Of a DNA stretch of 64,000 bases, positions 48,204 through 59,166 are shown one piece after another (within the stretch, counting starts at the first letter, position 1; each line of letters begins with the position of its first letter). The stretch is from Streptomyces sp. enrichment culture. Lineage in GTDB: Bacteria; Actinomycetota; Actinomycetes; Streptomycetales; Streptomycetaceae. Both the position numbers and the translations under genes were made by a program. The stretch spans positions 1,555,413 through 1,619,412 of the forward strand of contig NZ_OZ186835.1 in assembly GCF_964273255.1 (NCBI RefSeq). The letters run 5' to 3'. The notes beneath the pieces are model-generated. The model was not told the DNA's origin. It worked only from the letters and a program-made list of their open reading frames with translations, and did no database searches.

Positions 48204-48394
48204 GCGTCCTCCCGATGAAGGCTGGTGGGGGGCGGGCGGCTTCTGCCACCCGTGGCCTTGCATGGAACACGGCGGGGGACATCCGTCGTCGTGCCACGAT
48301 GACGTGACCGGCCGCCGCACCGGTCACACGGCGCGAGGAGTACGACGGTTGCCCGTCGTTCGGTGGCCACAGTTGTCGCAGAGCGCCATGAGCC

Positions 48395-48558
48395 TGTCAA
48401 TGGTTTCGGTATTCTTTCGGAAACAGCAGCACTGCAGAATGGACCCTGACGGCGGCGTTTTACCAGGCCACGCCCATACTCGAGCAGATCGACTCGGCGG
48501 TCGCCTGCCACCGAGACGACTCCAACCGCAAGCACGGCTATCTACTACGAAACTTTCG
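48395..48558 (-). promoter_or_regulatory. xlnC upstream region: -35 TTGACA (48395-48400) and CGAA-N-TTCG operator CGAAACTTTCG (48548-48558)
   Basis: Motifs read directly; CGAA-Nx-TTCG is the reported BxlR (LacI) xylan-regulon motif. Confidence 0.55.
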
Positions 48559-48718
48559 ATCCTGGATATGGAACAGCGGTCCCCCTCCGAGGAGGCCGGC
48601 AGCACGCACGGTGCACTGCCGGTCGTCCTCGCGGAGCGATCAGGGAGGGTGCCGGCGACGGACCGACACTCAGGCTTCTCGAACGCTCGCCTCGTGCCAC
48701 GAACGTGCCGACCTCACG

Positions 48719-48910
48719 ACCGGCCCGGCGCCGCAGTTCCGTCCTGGTCGAGGCCAGCAGGGCGTGCCACGAGGCGGCGAACTTCTCGACACCCTCGTCC
48801 TCCAGGCGCCGGACGACGACGTCGTACGAGATGCCGAGCTTGCCGATGACCGTGTCCCTGCAGGCCGGGTCCTTCACCCCGGTCGAGGCCCAGAGCGGCC
48901 GCTGCTTCAC
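48719..48910 (-). pseudogene. tal: Internally deleted 3' remnant of actinobacterial transaldolase
   Basis: QRPLWASTGVKDP joined directly to LGISYDVVVRRLEDEGVEKFAASW; no 5' part present. Confidence 0.8.
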
Positions 48911-49104
48911 GATTGTGTCGGGCCCTGCCGCAACCTGCTGAATCGCTGAGCCACCAGATCAACGCACTCATGCAGACTCGGCATCGGCAGACCGACACGG
49001 TCGCGCATCACAGCAATGGCCTGCACGTTTCGCCCGGCCGAGACGAGGCTGTCCACCTCCGACCGCGCCTCGATCGAGAGCCGGTCCCACAGCGCGTCCT
49101 CCAT
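48907..49104 (-). CDS. Small hypothetical protein (65 aa), possible orphan immunity gene
   Basis: MEDALWDRLSIEARSEVDSLVSAGRNVQAIAVMRDRVG...LHECVDLVAQR; protein-like composition, family not recognised. Confidence 0.45.
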   Translation of the reverse strand: MEDALWDRLSIEARSEVDSLVSAGRNVQAIAVMRDRVGLPMPSLHECVDLVAQRFSRLRQGPTQS

Positions 49105-49225
49105 ACCCGCATTCAACCCCACGGGCCGCACCCGAGAGCTTCCGCGGTCCCCACGAACCGCCGCCTCACCGAACAACTCCGCCGGGACGAAACGCGCGTT
49201 CAGGAGCCGGGCGGAGCGACGGTGG

Positions 49226-49345
49226 GCCCTCACCGGGGACGACGAGGTTTCTGACGTGGTCCGTGACGGAGTCGATGCTCCGTTCGTCGATCGTGCCGAC
49301 GTCGCCCGTGCGCAGCCAGCCGTCCGCGTCGGTCACGGGCACCAG
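49226..49345 (-). pseudogene. Acyl-CoA synthetase fragment
   Basis: DADGWLRTGDVGTID adenylate-forming motif with no flanking gene. Confidence 0.55.
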
Positions 49346-49425
49346 GCAGCCGTCGACCCGCAGGCGGCCGGGGACGACCACCGGGCCGCACCCGCGACCT
49401 CACCGCGCCCCGGGCCCACGCCATC

Positions 49426-49704
49426 GTGCCGGTCTGCCTCACCCGGCAGATCCTTGTCCTGGCCGACCGCGCCTACCAGGGTGCCGGCGCCACCTTCCGC
49501 ACCGCCTCCTGCCACCACAGCCAACAGCCCGAGCATTACCAGCAGTGCAACCGCGACCACGCACGACTGAGAGCCCCCGGCGAACGCCCCTTCGCCCGAC
49601 TCAAGTCCTGGCACCTCATGCGCAGAGCACGCTGTTCGAGCCGCCGTATAAGCCGCACCGTCCAAACCATTTACGTACTACTGAGCTGCACCTATTCAGG
49701 ATGA
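49426..49704 (+). mobile_element. IS5-family transposase C-terminal remnant
   Basis: LVLADRAYQGAG, NRDHARLRAPGERPFARLKSW resemble DDE_Tnp_4-type transposases; N-terminus missing. Confidence 0.8.
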
Positions 49705-49776
49705 GAAACTTGGCGTCCCTCGGCGGCGTGGCGGTGTTCCCTGGGCCGGACGGCGCCGGTTGCCCGTCCTGGGCCT

Positions 49777-50097
49777 TCAACCTTCCAGCAGATCGCTGAC
49801 ATACTCGCGGAGCTGAGGAGGAAGGTTGCCGAGGACGATCTCACGCAGAGGGGAAAGGTGGTCACGGTCGACGTGACCGGTGGATGCGAGTTCGATGAGG
49901 GCGTGCAACTCGGCTTCCCGGGCGGAGTTCTCCCTTTCGAAGGCAGCGGTTGCCGCCAGCAGTGTCGCCAGCGCCGACGCCTGGGCAGACGTCAATGAAC
50001 CCACGTGGTCGGACACTTCGTCGGCCGCGCGTTCTCGTGCCTGTGCATCGACTTCCAGGATCATTCGCGCCATGCTGATGAAGTCGTGAGACTTCAA
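49777..50097 (-). CDS. Candidate immunity protein for Ntox30-like toxin (copy 1)
   Basis: Intact ORF (TTG 50097 or ATG 50073) directly after a toxin-tip remnant; near-identical to 60039-60359. Confidence 0.7.
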   Translation of the reverse strand: MKSHDFISMARMILEVDAQARERAADEVSDHVGSLTSAQASALATLLAATAAFERENSAREAELHALIELASTGHVDRDHLSPLREIVLGNLPPQLREYVSDLLEG

Positions 50098-50114
50098 TGT
50101 GCAACACCCGTTCG

Positions 50115-50292
50115 TCACTGGTACGGAAGTGGAAACTGAGTCGCCAGGAGATGTGTGTGGCATGGGCCACATCCGGATCGTAGTGCGGGCTGTTCGGGTT
50201 GTGGACCTGCTGGTGTACAAGTTCCGCACCGCATCCTGGTATTTCCCGCCGATCGATATGCGGTAGATATCTCCGTTTGCCGCGTTGGGAGC
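50115..50292 (-). pseudogene. C-terminal remnant of Ntox30-like toxin (copy 1), frameshifted
   Basis: NAANGDIYRISIGGKYQD...HATHI(S)W; ancestral end QFPLPYQ* (TGA 50115-50117) still readable. Confidence 0.7.
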
Positions 50293-50360
50293 CGGCGGCA
50301 CCGCCACGTGGGTCGAGCGCGGGCCCCGCGCCGGTTCCCGGGGCGGGGCCTCGGAAGCGG

Positions 50361-50404
50361 GCTCCTCTCCAGCGATCCGCGTCCTCATTCGCCTGGAGAG
50401 GAGC
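50361..50404. terminator. Hairpin GCTCCTCTCCAG/CTGGAGAGGAGC
   Basis: 12-bp stem just downstream of the 50410 gene. Confidence 0.55.
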
Positions 50405-50409
50405 TGGGC

Positions 50410-50889
50410 TCAGAATTCGTGCAACACCACCCAGTATTCGTCATCTTCGACCGAGGCGGCGCACAGGCGGCGACCATCCCGCGAGACGGCTACGAACTCG
50501 GGTGCACCCGTTACTCCGGCGACACGGGACGGAAGGTGCGTGCCGACCGGATCCTTTACGCGTACCCAGCCGGCCCTGCTCCCGCCCGGCACCGGCGGCA
50601 GGATGAGGAAATCGCCGCTCTCGCCGTACAGACGGAACTGTGAGGCACGGTGGTGCCACACCTCGTCCAATGCGTCGGCGGCTCGAGGACTGGAGGCGGG
50701 GATCGTCACGGCCGGCTCGACCTCGAATCCGGTGACCGCGTAAAGGGCGAAGTCCACAGGTGGACCGCCCCGTTCCGCCCTTCCTGTGACGTCCAGGCCA
50801 CAGCGCTCAAGGACGTCCAGCCCATCAGGCGCCTGGGTGGTCGCAGGGGGCGGGGCGATTGCTCTGGGCCGGTATTCGTCCTCTTTCAC
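50410..50889 (-). CDS. Hypothetical protein, candidate orphan immunity (159 aa)
   Basis: GTG overlaps the upstream stop (GTGA); C-terminal PEFVAVSRDG..LCAASVEDDEYWVV; position in the Rhs downstream array. Confidence 0.6.
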   Translation of the reverse strand: MKEDEYRPRAIAPPPATTQAPDGLDVLERCGLDVTGRAERGGPPVDFALYAVTGFEVEPAVTIPASSPRAADALDEVWHHRASQFRLYGESGDFLILPPVPGGSRAGWVRVKDPVGTHLPSRVAGVTGAPEFVAVSRDGRRLCAASVEDDEYWVVLHEF

Positions 50890-51650
50890 CAGTTCCCGTA
50901 GTCCTCCACGTAGGTGGCGATGAGCTCCAGCAGGGCGTCGGCCCGGTGCCGGTCCTCGCGTTGCTCTCGCAGGGCCCTGTCGGTGGCCTGGAGACGGGCC
51001 AGGGCGGCCGGTTCGCCGTCGACCAGGCCGTCGACCACCGGCACCACGGTGACCAGATCCAGGCATTCGGTGAGGAGGTGGCGGGTGGCCGGGACGGGGG
51101 GAGCGGGGTCGGGGGCGGTGAAGCCGGCGGTCAGGTAGCGCGCGGGGTCCGTGATGCTCCAGCCGACGACAGTGCCGTGCTGGATGAGGAGTGCCACGTC
51201 TGGGGCGATGCCGATGCGGGCCTCCAGAGGCTCGTCCAGGATGTCGAGGTCGCGCAGGCAGGTCAGCACGGCGTCACCGGGAGCGCGGCACAGCACCGTG
51301 CACATCTCGTGCCGGAAGTCCTTGACCTCGTCCGCCTGCAGACCGCCCGGGCGTACTTCGGGCATGTCGGGAACGCGGGCCGAGTCCTCGGCCGAGGCGG
51401 CCTCTTCCGGGATGCGGAACTCGGCTCCGACCAGCTTCCGGTCGCCCGGGGAGAAGCGGAAGACGTCGGGGAGGTCCCACAGCACGTCATGGCTGCCGAA
51501 CGTGTCCGCGAAGAACCTCTCCCGTTCCACCCGGTCCGCATAGGGGGACACGATCAGGGACGTGCCGATGAGACGAGGGACGAGGTCCAGTGGCTCGTCC
51601 GTCACCGCCGCGGACCAGCCTCCGTCGAACTTCAGTTTCGTCGTCATCAC
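50886..51650 (-). CDS. Hypothetical protein, probable cognate immunity of the Rhs toxin (254 aa)
   Basis: Starts 5 nt after the reconstructed Rhs stop, with GAGG RBS. Confidence 0.65.
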   Translation of the reverse strand: MMTTKLKFDGGWSAAVTDEPLDLVPRLIGTSLIVSPYADRVERERFFADTFGSHDVLWDLPDVFRFSPGDRKLVGAEFRIPEEAASAEDSARVPDMPEVRPGGLQADEVKDFRHEMCTVLCRAPGDAVLTCLRDLDILDEPLEARIGIAPDVALLIQHGTVVGWSITDPARYLTAGFTAPDPAPPVPATRHLLTECLDLVTVVPVVDGLVDGEPAALARLQATDRALREQREDRHRADALLELIATYVEDYGNW

Positions 51651-51654
51651 TGCC

Positions 51655-54600
51655 TCATCTGATTTGTACCGCCGGAGGCTGGAAGCGGCCGTCCTTGGCG
51701 GGAATCCTGCCGTTCACGATGTCCTCGTGCGTGACCGGGGCGCCGGGGTCAGTGGGTTTTCCGCCGAGCGCCGTGGCCCCGGAGTCACCCTTGATGCCTG
51801 AGGGACCGTACGCCGTGATGGCCTGGCCCTGGGTCTGACCCGGGCCGTCGATCACCACGATGTCGTTGCCCTGCCGGAATGTGAACGTCCCGGCCGTGCC
51901 CGTCGAGTGGTACACGGCGTCCGGGTTCTTGAGGATTTCGACGACCCGTTCGTCGCTGAAGTCATGCCGGGTGTCTCCGTGGTAGTCGTGGCGTTTCCTG
52001 AACCCGCCGTCCTGTGCTCTCTCCACGTGTCGTCCACCACCTTGTTGATCCGCTTCTGGGCCCGTTCCTCTTTCGTGTACTTGGGCATGAGGCCCAGCGG
52101 GTCGCACCCGCTGTACGGGTTGTCCACGTACGCGACTGGGTTCGGGGCGGGAGCCAGGCCCAGCGGGTCGGGGGAGGTGTAGCGGCCGGTCTCGGGGTCG
52201 TAGTGGCGGAAGTAGTTGTAGTGGAGGCCGGTCTCGGGGTCGTAGTACTGGCCGGGGAAGCGGAGCGGGGTGTAGGCGCTGCTGTCACGGGCCCAGGCCG
52301 TGGTGCCCCAGAGCGTGCTCCGGGTGCGCCAGGCGATGTCGCCCGTCTCGTCGATGAGCTCGGTCGGCGTGCCGATCAGGTCGGTGGCGATGGCGAAGAA
52401 CCGCCGGTCGATCTCCTCCTGGCGGTCGTCGGCCGTGAGGATGCGCTCGGTCTGGGCGAGGGGCACGTCGGCGCGATGTTCCCAGGTGAGCGCGACCGTG
52501 TGCGGTACGTCCGGCTGGTGGCTGGTCTGTTCGCACAGGGTGAGGCCGTCCCAGGTGAACCGGGTCTCCTCGGCCACACTGGTGCCGTCGGCCGCCAGGC
52601 GCTGTTTCGCGATGCGGCGGCCCAGCGGGTCGTAGCGGTAGGTCCAGCGGGTGCCGTCGGGGGTGGTGACGGAGGTGAGGCGGTTCTCCGTGTCCCACGT
52701 GTAGCGCCATGTGTCGGGCTTGCGGGAGAGGCGGGTCTTCTGCCGCAGGGTGACCCGGCCGAGGGCGTCGTACTCGAACCGGACGTCTCCGGCACGGGTG
52801 ATACGGGTGCCGCTGTAGGTCCGCTCCCCGGTCGCCTCACCGCCCGGATGCCGGTCCGGCCAGGTCGCCGAGGTCTGGTTGCCGGCGTCGTCGTAGGCGT
52901 ACCGCTCCGTCCAGCCCCGGGCGTGGACGGCGGTGACCCGGCCCACCCGGTCGAGGTCGAAGGAGCGGCTGCCCGACAGACGGTCCGTGACGGAGGTGGG
53001 ATGTCCGTCGGCGCGGTAGGAGTAGGCACGGTGGTTGACGACGCGAGCTCCGGCGGTGATGTGCTGCGCGGCGAGCCGTCCGGCCTCGTCCCAGGCCGAG
53101 GTCATGGTGATCGTGTCGCCGAAGACGCGGGTGAGTTCCCTGCCGGCGGCGTCATGGGTGAATGCGATGCGGTGCCCGCCGCTGGTCAGGCGGTGGGGCT
53201 GTCCGTCGGCGCCGTAGGTGTAGGAAGTGACGTGACCGGTGGGGGTGGTGCGGCGCGTGCGGCGGCCCAGGGCGTCGTAGGAGTAGGAGACGGGGCGGCC
53301 GTCCACCAGTTCGGTCTTGACCTTCCCCCGGCGGTCGTACTGGTAGCGGAGTTCGCTGTCCGGACCGGCCGCCTCCAGCAGGCGGCCCGCCCTGTCGTAG
53401 GCGTAGGTCGTCACCCGGCCGTCGATGTCCTTGCGGACCACCTGGCCGAGCTGGTCACGCTCGAAGGAGATGGTCCCGCCGAGCGCGTCGGTGCGGGCGG
53501 CGAGCCGGCCCGCGGCGTCCACCCGGTAGGTGAGTACGCGGTCGTCGAAGTCGGTCTCGGAGACGATGTCGCCGGCGGCGTTGTACTCGTAGGTCCAGGT
53601 CAATCCCTGCGGGTTGATGACGCGGGTGAGACGCAGTTCGGCATCGTGCTCGAACGCGTAGCGCGTGCCGTCGGGTCGGCTGCGACCGACCAGGAGGTCG
53701 AAGTGGGTGTACTCGAAGCGGGAGACACCACCGGACACATCCGTGTGGGTGAGCAGGTTGCCCTCGCCGTCGTAGGTCCACGATTCCGTGGCTCCATCGG
53801 GGCCGATGCGTCGGGCGAGTTGCCCGTCGGCGTGCCATTCCAGGCGGGTCACGCCGCCCACCGGGTCCGTGATGCGGACCGGCCTGCCGAGGGCGTCCCG
53901 TCGCGTGCGCGTGCCGGCGCCGCCGGGACCGGTCACCTCCACGGGCAGCCCCGCCGCGTCGCACACCACGCGCGTCACGGCTCCGAGTGCGTCCGTGACC
54001 GATGTGAGGCGACCGGCGTGGTCGTAGGTGTAGCGGGTGGTGGCACCGGCCTGGTCGGTGACCGCCGTGCGGTTTCCCCGCTCGTCGAACTCATGGACCA
54101 TACGGGCGCCGTCCGGCCCGACGACCTCCACCGGCAGACCGAACCGGCCGCGAACGGTCCGCAGTTCGCTTCCGTCGGGGCGGGTGGCGGAGACGACCCG
54201 GCCGTCCTCGTCGTAGAAGAACGCGGTGGTGTGGCCCAGCGGGTCGGTGCGGGTGAGGACGTTGCCGCGGGTGTCGTAGGTGAAACGGGTGGTGTGGCCG
54301 AGCGGGTCGGTGGTGGCGATCACCCGGCAGCGGTGGTCGATCAGGTGGCGGGTCGTGTGGCCGGCGGCGGTGGTGAGGGTGGTGGTGCGGTGGCCGGTGT
54401 CCGGGTCGGGTTCGGTGTAGGCCAGGGTGATCTGGACGTGGCCCGCTTCGCCGCCCTCCGCCACGACACGGTCGCGGTCGTCGTAGACGTAGTCGTAGCG
54501 GCTGCCGTTGGAGTCGATCCAGGCGGTGACGCGGCGGCGGTCGTCGTAGACGAACGTGGTGGTCGCGCCGGAAGGTTTGGTGACGGTGGTGAGGTTGCCG

Positions 54601-56426
54601 TCCTCGTCGTAGCCGTAGGACATCAGCGGCAGATCGGCACCGTCCTCGCCCCCGCCGGCCAGGTGCAGTGCGGTGATCAGGCCGTCGGCGGAGGCGAGGT
54701 CGATCCGGCGGCCGGCCGAGTGGACCAGGGCCGTGGGCAGGCCGTCTCCGGCGCGGTCGACGGTGACGGTATGGCCGTTGCGTTCGGTGAAGCAGGCCAG
54801 CCAGGCGGTTCCGTCGCCACCGGGTTCGGCGTCGGGCGGGGCGGTGAAGCGACGGGTCAGGCCGGTGTCGGGGTCGGTGAGCGTGTAGTCGCCGTCCGCG
54901 TCCCGGGCCAGCAGGGTGCGGGCGGGGCCGGACTCCGGGCGGGTGGCGGTGCCGGGGGCGGGGTGCGGATAGGTGATCAGCAGCCCGTCGGCGGTGACGT
55001 GGACGATGCCGACCGGGTCGACCTCCAGGCGCTCGTCGACGGTGGAGGTCCAGGACGGCCCCAGGAAACGGCCGGCCGTGCAGCCCGACTCGGTGCGGCG
55101 GGTGAACACCAGCGGCAGGATGCCGGGGATCTCCACGTCCGTCTGCGGCAGGAACATACGGCCCGAGGCGAGGTCGACCGGGTCGGTGCCGTCGGTCGTG
55201 CGGTCGCCGTCCGGCCGGTTGTGGGTGCCGTCGGGCGCGTCGTCGACCAGCCTGCGCACCCGGGCCGCGTCGGCCGCGTCGGCGGCGACGCGCACCCCCT
55301 TGACGGCGGCGCCACCCCCGCCCGTGGCCACGGTCAGCGCCACGTCCGGCAGCAGACGGCCGAAACCCTCGTAGGGGTCCTTCGTGAAGTCGCTGACCAT
55401 CTGCTTGCCGGTGCCGACCGGGTCGTTGGCGGCCAGCACCAGCCCCGCGGCCAGGCTGTTGAGGCTGGTGGCGTATTCGGCGGGGTGGGTCAGGTTGTAC
55501 GGGTCGAGGGGGTTGATGCCCCGCACGAAGTTGAGCAGCCCGGCGGTGCCCTTGATGACGCCGCCGCCGACATGGTCCCCCATGATCTGGAACTCCTGGA
55601 GGCCGTCGCCGAGTTGCTCCGTGTACGACGGCTTCTCCGGCGCCATGTCCCGGGCCGCGCGCACCGCTGTGCGGGCCGTCTCGGCCGCGGTGTTGCGCTG
55701 CTTGCGGGCCTCGGCCAGGATCTCCTGCGCCTCCTTCATCAGCTTCTTGCCCGGGTCGTCGAACGTCGGAGCCGGGCAGGGCGGAAGCGTGGAGGGGTCC
55801 CGCTTGTCGGCGGGCAGGGCGTTGTAGCGGTCGACGGCCTTGTTGTACGTGTCGACCTTTTTGCGGTGGGCGTCGGCGGCGTCCTCGGACGCCTTCACCC
55901 CGTCCTTCCACTTCTCGATCGCCGTCTGCGCCTGCCCCTGCGCCCAGGTCACGGTGGAGGCGAACGACTCCAGCGCGGCGGCGGCCTTCTCGCAGGCGTC
56001 GGCGCCCTCGAACCACTTCGGCGGCTGGGTGCTCACCGCCTTGCGCAGCGCCTCGGCCGTCTCCCCCTTCAGACGGGAGGGGTCCAGCCCCTTCAGGCCA
56101 CCGCCCGCGTCGTCGAACGCCTTCTGGAAGCCGCGCAGTTTCTCCGCGGTGGAGCGGATCTTGTCCGGGCTTCCGTGGACCAGTTTCGTCTTGTCCTCGG
56201 TGTCCCCGAGGTCCATCTCGTCGACCTCGGCGCCCATCCGGTTCGCGACCGAACGGGACTGCTCGCGCACCCAGTCCGCGCCGGACTCCCAGCCGACGTC
56301 GTCCAGCCGGTCCGCGGTCCAGTTGCCCGCGCCCTCGACCCTGTCACCGAGCCACTCGACACCCTCCTCGACCGCCTCCTCAACCGAGTCAGGGGTGATG
56401 TCCTTGATGAAGTCGCCGATGCCCAC
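51655..56426 (-). pseudogene. T7SS-type Rhs/YD-repeat polymorphic toxin with 1-nt frameshift near 52025
   Basis: Helical T7SS-type N-terminus, DPVDLASG, YD repeats, PLRFPGQYYDPETGLHYNYFRHYDPETGRYTSPDPLG core, DPLGL cleavage motif. The tip continues in the frame ending at 51655; 4772 nt + 1 = 1591 codons. Confidence 0.88.
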
Positions 56427-56428
56427 GC

Positions 56429-57094
56429 TCAGTTGCCCCCGCCGTCACCCGGGCCGCCCTGCTGCTGCGCCTGCTGGGCGCGTTCCTCGGGCGACGGACC
56501 GAACGTCTCGTCCAACGCCCGGTTCCACTCGTTGTCGTCGATGCCCAGCCGCTCGTTGAGCCACTCCGCCTGCTGTCCGCCCCGCCCCTCCGTCAGCAGC
56601 GAACGGCCGGTGTCCTTCCAGGTCTGCTCGATCTCCTCACCGGCCCGCTCGAACGACTCCCGGCTCCAGTCCGGGTCGAAGGCGTCCGGCGTGAACACCT
56701 CACCCCAGCCCTGCTGGGCGATCTCCTCCTCGGAGGCGTGCGGGTTGCCGCCCATCAGGGCGTTGACCCCCACCTTCAGCGAGCCGGCCACGTACTGGTC
56801 GTGCTCCCACAAGGTGCCCGCCGCGAGGCCGAGCCGGTTCGCGATCTGGCTGGCGTCGTTGACCAGGGCGCGCACACCCCACTCCCAGCGTTCGCAGAAG
56901 TCCTCGAAGTCCACGGACAGGCCGTGGTGCCCGGCCTCCATCCCCGTCATCGACAGCCCGGAAAAGCCCTTGCCCATGATCGAGCCGGTGGCACCGCCCA
57001 ACTCCCCCAGCCCGTCGATGGTCGCGCCCACGCCCTTGGTGAACTTCGCCACCGAGGCGGCATCGAGATTCAGATCCACATCGTCAGCGGCCAC
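56429..57094 (-). CDS. WXG100-like partner of the Rhs protein (221 aa)
   Basis: VAADDVDLNL...FEDFCERWEWGVRALV (WxxG-like) helical hairpin; between SseB and Rhs. Confidence 0.7.
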   Translation of the reverse strand: MAADDVDLNLDAASVAKFTKGVGATIDGLGELGGATGSIMGKGFSGLSMTGMEAGHHGLSVDFEDFCERWEWGVRALVNDASQIANRLGLAAGTLWEHDQYVAGSLKVGVNALMGGNPHASEEEIAQQGWGEVFTPDAFDPDWSRESFERAGEEIEQTWKDTGRSLLTEGRGGQQAEWLNERLGIDDNEWNRALDETFGPSPEERAQQAQQQGGPGDGGGN

Positions 57095-57542
57095 GCCCGT
57101 TCCCCTCCCCGTCCGAGCCGTCGGCCCCGGCCTCGACGGCGGCCCCGGCGGCCCCGGCGTCGACGGCGGCCCCGTCCGGGACGATGCCCGCGACCGGCGG
57201 GAAGAACATCGACCCGTCCTCGGTCGCGATGTCCACCGCCAGCCCGGCGGGCTCCCCCAGCCCCGGCACGATCTCGTCCACGATCCGGGCCCCCAGCAGC
57301 GCCGCATAATCCAACGGCCGTTCCGCCATCCCGCGTTGCTCCGCGAACCGGGCCAGCGCCGTCTCGTCCGTGAAGGCACACACCCACCGCACCCCGCCCG
57401 AGTGCGCGCTCCACAGCCGCCCGTCCACCGACGGCACCAGCAGTACCGACCGGCGCATCTCCCCCACCAGCGCACGAGGATCACCAAGCCCCGCCCTCTG
57501 CTCGGCTATTCGCTCGGCCAACACCGTCCTGGGCTGCTCCAC
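57084..57542 (-). CDS. SseB-family protein
   Basis: ALVGEMRRSVLLVP...GVRWVCAFTDETALARF...GLAVDIA...MFFPP; typical first gene of Streptomyces Rhs operons. Confidence 0.75.
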   Translation of the reverse strand: MEQPRTVLAERIAEQRAGLGDPRALVGEMRRSVLLVPSVDGRLWSAHSGGVRWVCAFTDETALARFAEQRGMAERPLDYAALLGARIVDEIVPGLGEPAGLAVDIATEDGSMFFPPVAGIVPDGAAVDAGAAGAAVEAGADGSDGEGNGRGR

Positions 57543-58337
57543 GACCCCTCCCTCGTCCTGGTGTCACGGGTGACTGATGGCACCGTAGATCACGACGCGC
57601 GCGAAGAGGGCTGTGGTTCTCGTGAAACTCGACCGGGCCCCCATCAGGCTCCGTTGATCTGGACGCCGAGGTTCACGGGATCATCTGAACCGCACCGACG
57701 GCGACGCGCCCCTGCGACAGGAACGGCGTCAATCGAGCGTCAGGTTCCCGCGGCCGGCCCCGTCGGTATCGCCTCCCCCAGATCCCCAGAGACGCATCGG
57801 ACTTCCGACACATACGGAACCGCAGGTCATCGGCCCCTTCGGAAGAACGGCGGGGCGCTTCTCCAACGAGAGCATGGATGCCCTCCATCCCGACGACACG
57901 ACCGTCCTGCCGACCGCATCAAACGACTGATCCCCTACACCACGTCAAGGGACATGACCTCTCCGAAGCGCGCCGGCCGAACCGGCTGCACAGCGGTACC
58001 CCACTGGGTTGCTTCCCGCGTCGTGGCGCGGAGGGTCCAGCGTTGCGCGTTCCGGCGCACGGCCCCAGACCGATCTCCGTAGAGGCGCCAGTCCACGAGA
58101 CGCCCCGCCGAGGCGAGTTGAACCCTCGGGACGGCGGATACGCCATCCCCGACCTGCGGATTCCGACGTGCGACGGAAGGTCGAACACTTCCTCGCTCCC
58201 TCGTCGACGTCGACACATGGGCGGCACGTGAAACCGCGTCATCCTTCCGCCGCGGCATCGACAAGGACGGGCCGGTTACCGACCTGACCAGCCGGGCGTT
58301 CAGCGTCGGCTCCCGGTTGCCGCCGGAGTCCAGATCT

Positions 58338-58425
58338 GGGACCGGCCAGTGTGCCGGTGGAAGAACCTGCTGAAGTGGGTGGGCTGGGGAAGTCGAGCCG
58401 GTCGGCGATACGGACGACGAGTTCG
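58338..58425 (-). pseudogene. AraC-family HTH C-terminal remnant (frameshifted)
   Basis: VRIADRLDFPS/THFSRFFHRHTGRS across a 1-nt shift matches the AraC second HTH signature. Confidence 0.6.
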
Positions 58426-58508
58426 GCCGCAGCGTCTCGGCCACCCTCTTCACCGCCCGCCCCGCCCCTGACAGCCGCCCATGTCTGCGCACCACCCCAC
58501 CTGAAAGT

Positions 58509-58865
58509 CCGTCAGAACGAGCGTCATTCCAGCGCCAGGACTTCCAGGACGCCCCGTCCGCAGACCAGGCAACCATCCGCCACCGCACCGGAAAAGCCCA
58601 GGCCGGAGCCCATAGGGCCACGCCATCACGCCTCGACCTGTTTCCATCCGGGAAACACGTCGAGCACAACGGGCCGCGCCTGAGAAACCCAGGAAAACCG
58701 CAGGTCAGAACCCCTTTGCGGTAGGCTCCAGAATCGCCACGCACTCCACATGGTGCGTCATCGGAAAGATGTCGGACTGAGCAAGGCACGGAAAAGCCCA
58801 GGTCAGGACCAGTTTCTCGGCTTGCTGCCCCGCGTACGGGCGCCCGGAGCGTCAAACGAGCGTCA
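58509..58865. mobile_element. attP-like element A: GCGTCA arm repeats - rlmD 3' core (58705-58773) - GCGTCA arm repeats
   Basis: Minus-strand core translates DIFPMTHHVECVAILEPTAKGF*; arms CCGTCA-N6-GCGTCA (58509-26) and GCGTCA-N5-GCGTCA (58849-65). Confidence 0.65.
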
Positions 58866-59166
58866 CGGTCCGGGTCATCATGTCGACCGCATCACATGTG
58901 GCCTCATCCCCTGGCACCGGACGTACCGGCTCGGCACCGGTCGGCAGGGCGCGGAGCGGGCGGCGGCGCGACGGTCATCGCGGTCGACAGGAGGCACTCG
59001 CTGCCGACGAGCGGGCTTCGGTTTCCCGAACCCCTGCATCGGGGGCCGACAGGCCCCTTCCTGCCGGCCGGGACCCGTGACAACGGGCCTCGTGGACGGT
59101 CCGTCGGGACCGTATCGTTTCGGCGGGCAGGTCAGGTGTTGCTCCGGTCCGTGCCCGGAAGGCCGT

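Noticed and set aside
250-58082. Many long antisense or alternate-frame ORFs in the track (e.g. 250-1323 +, 4036-5757 +, 11650-13884 -, 52014-58082 +)
   Set aside because: These are shadow ORFs typical of high-GC DNA: they overlap well-supported genes, are Arg/Gly/Pro-rich or mirror the real gene, and carry no family motifs.
57600-58330. Protein-coding gene in ORFs 57878-58231 or 57935-58855
   Set aside because: No recognisable motif and atypical composition; treated as degraded spacer apart from the AraC remnant and the arm repeat at 57726.
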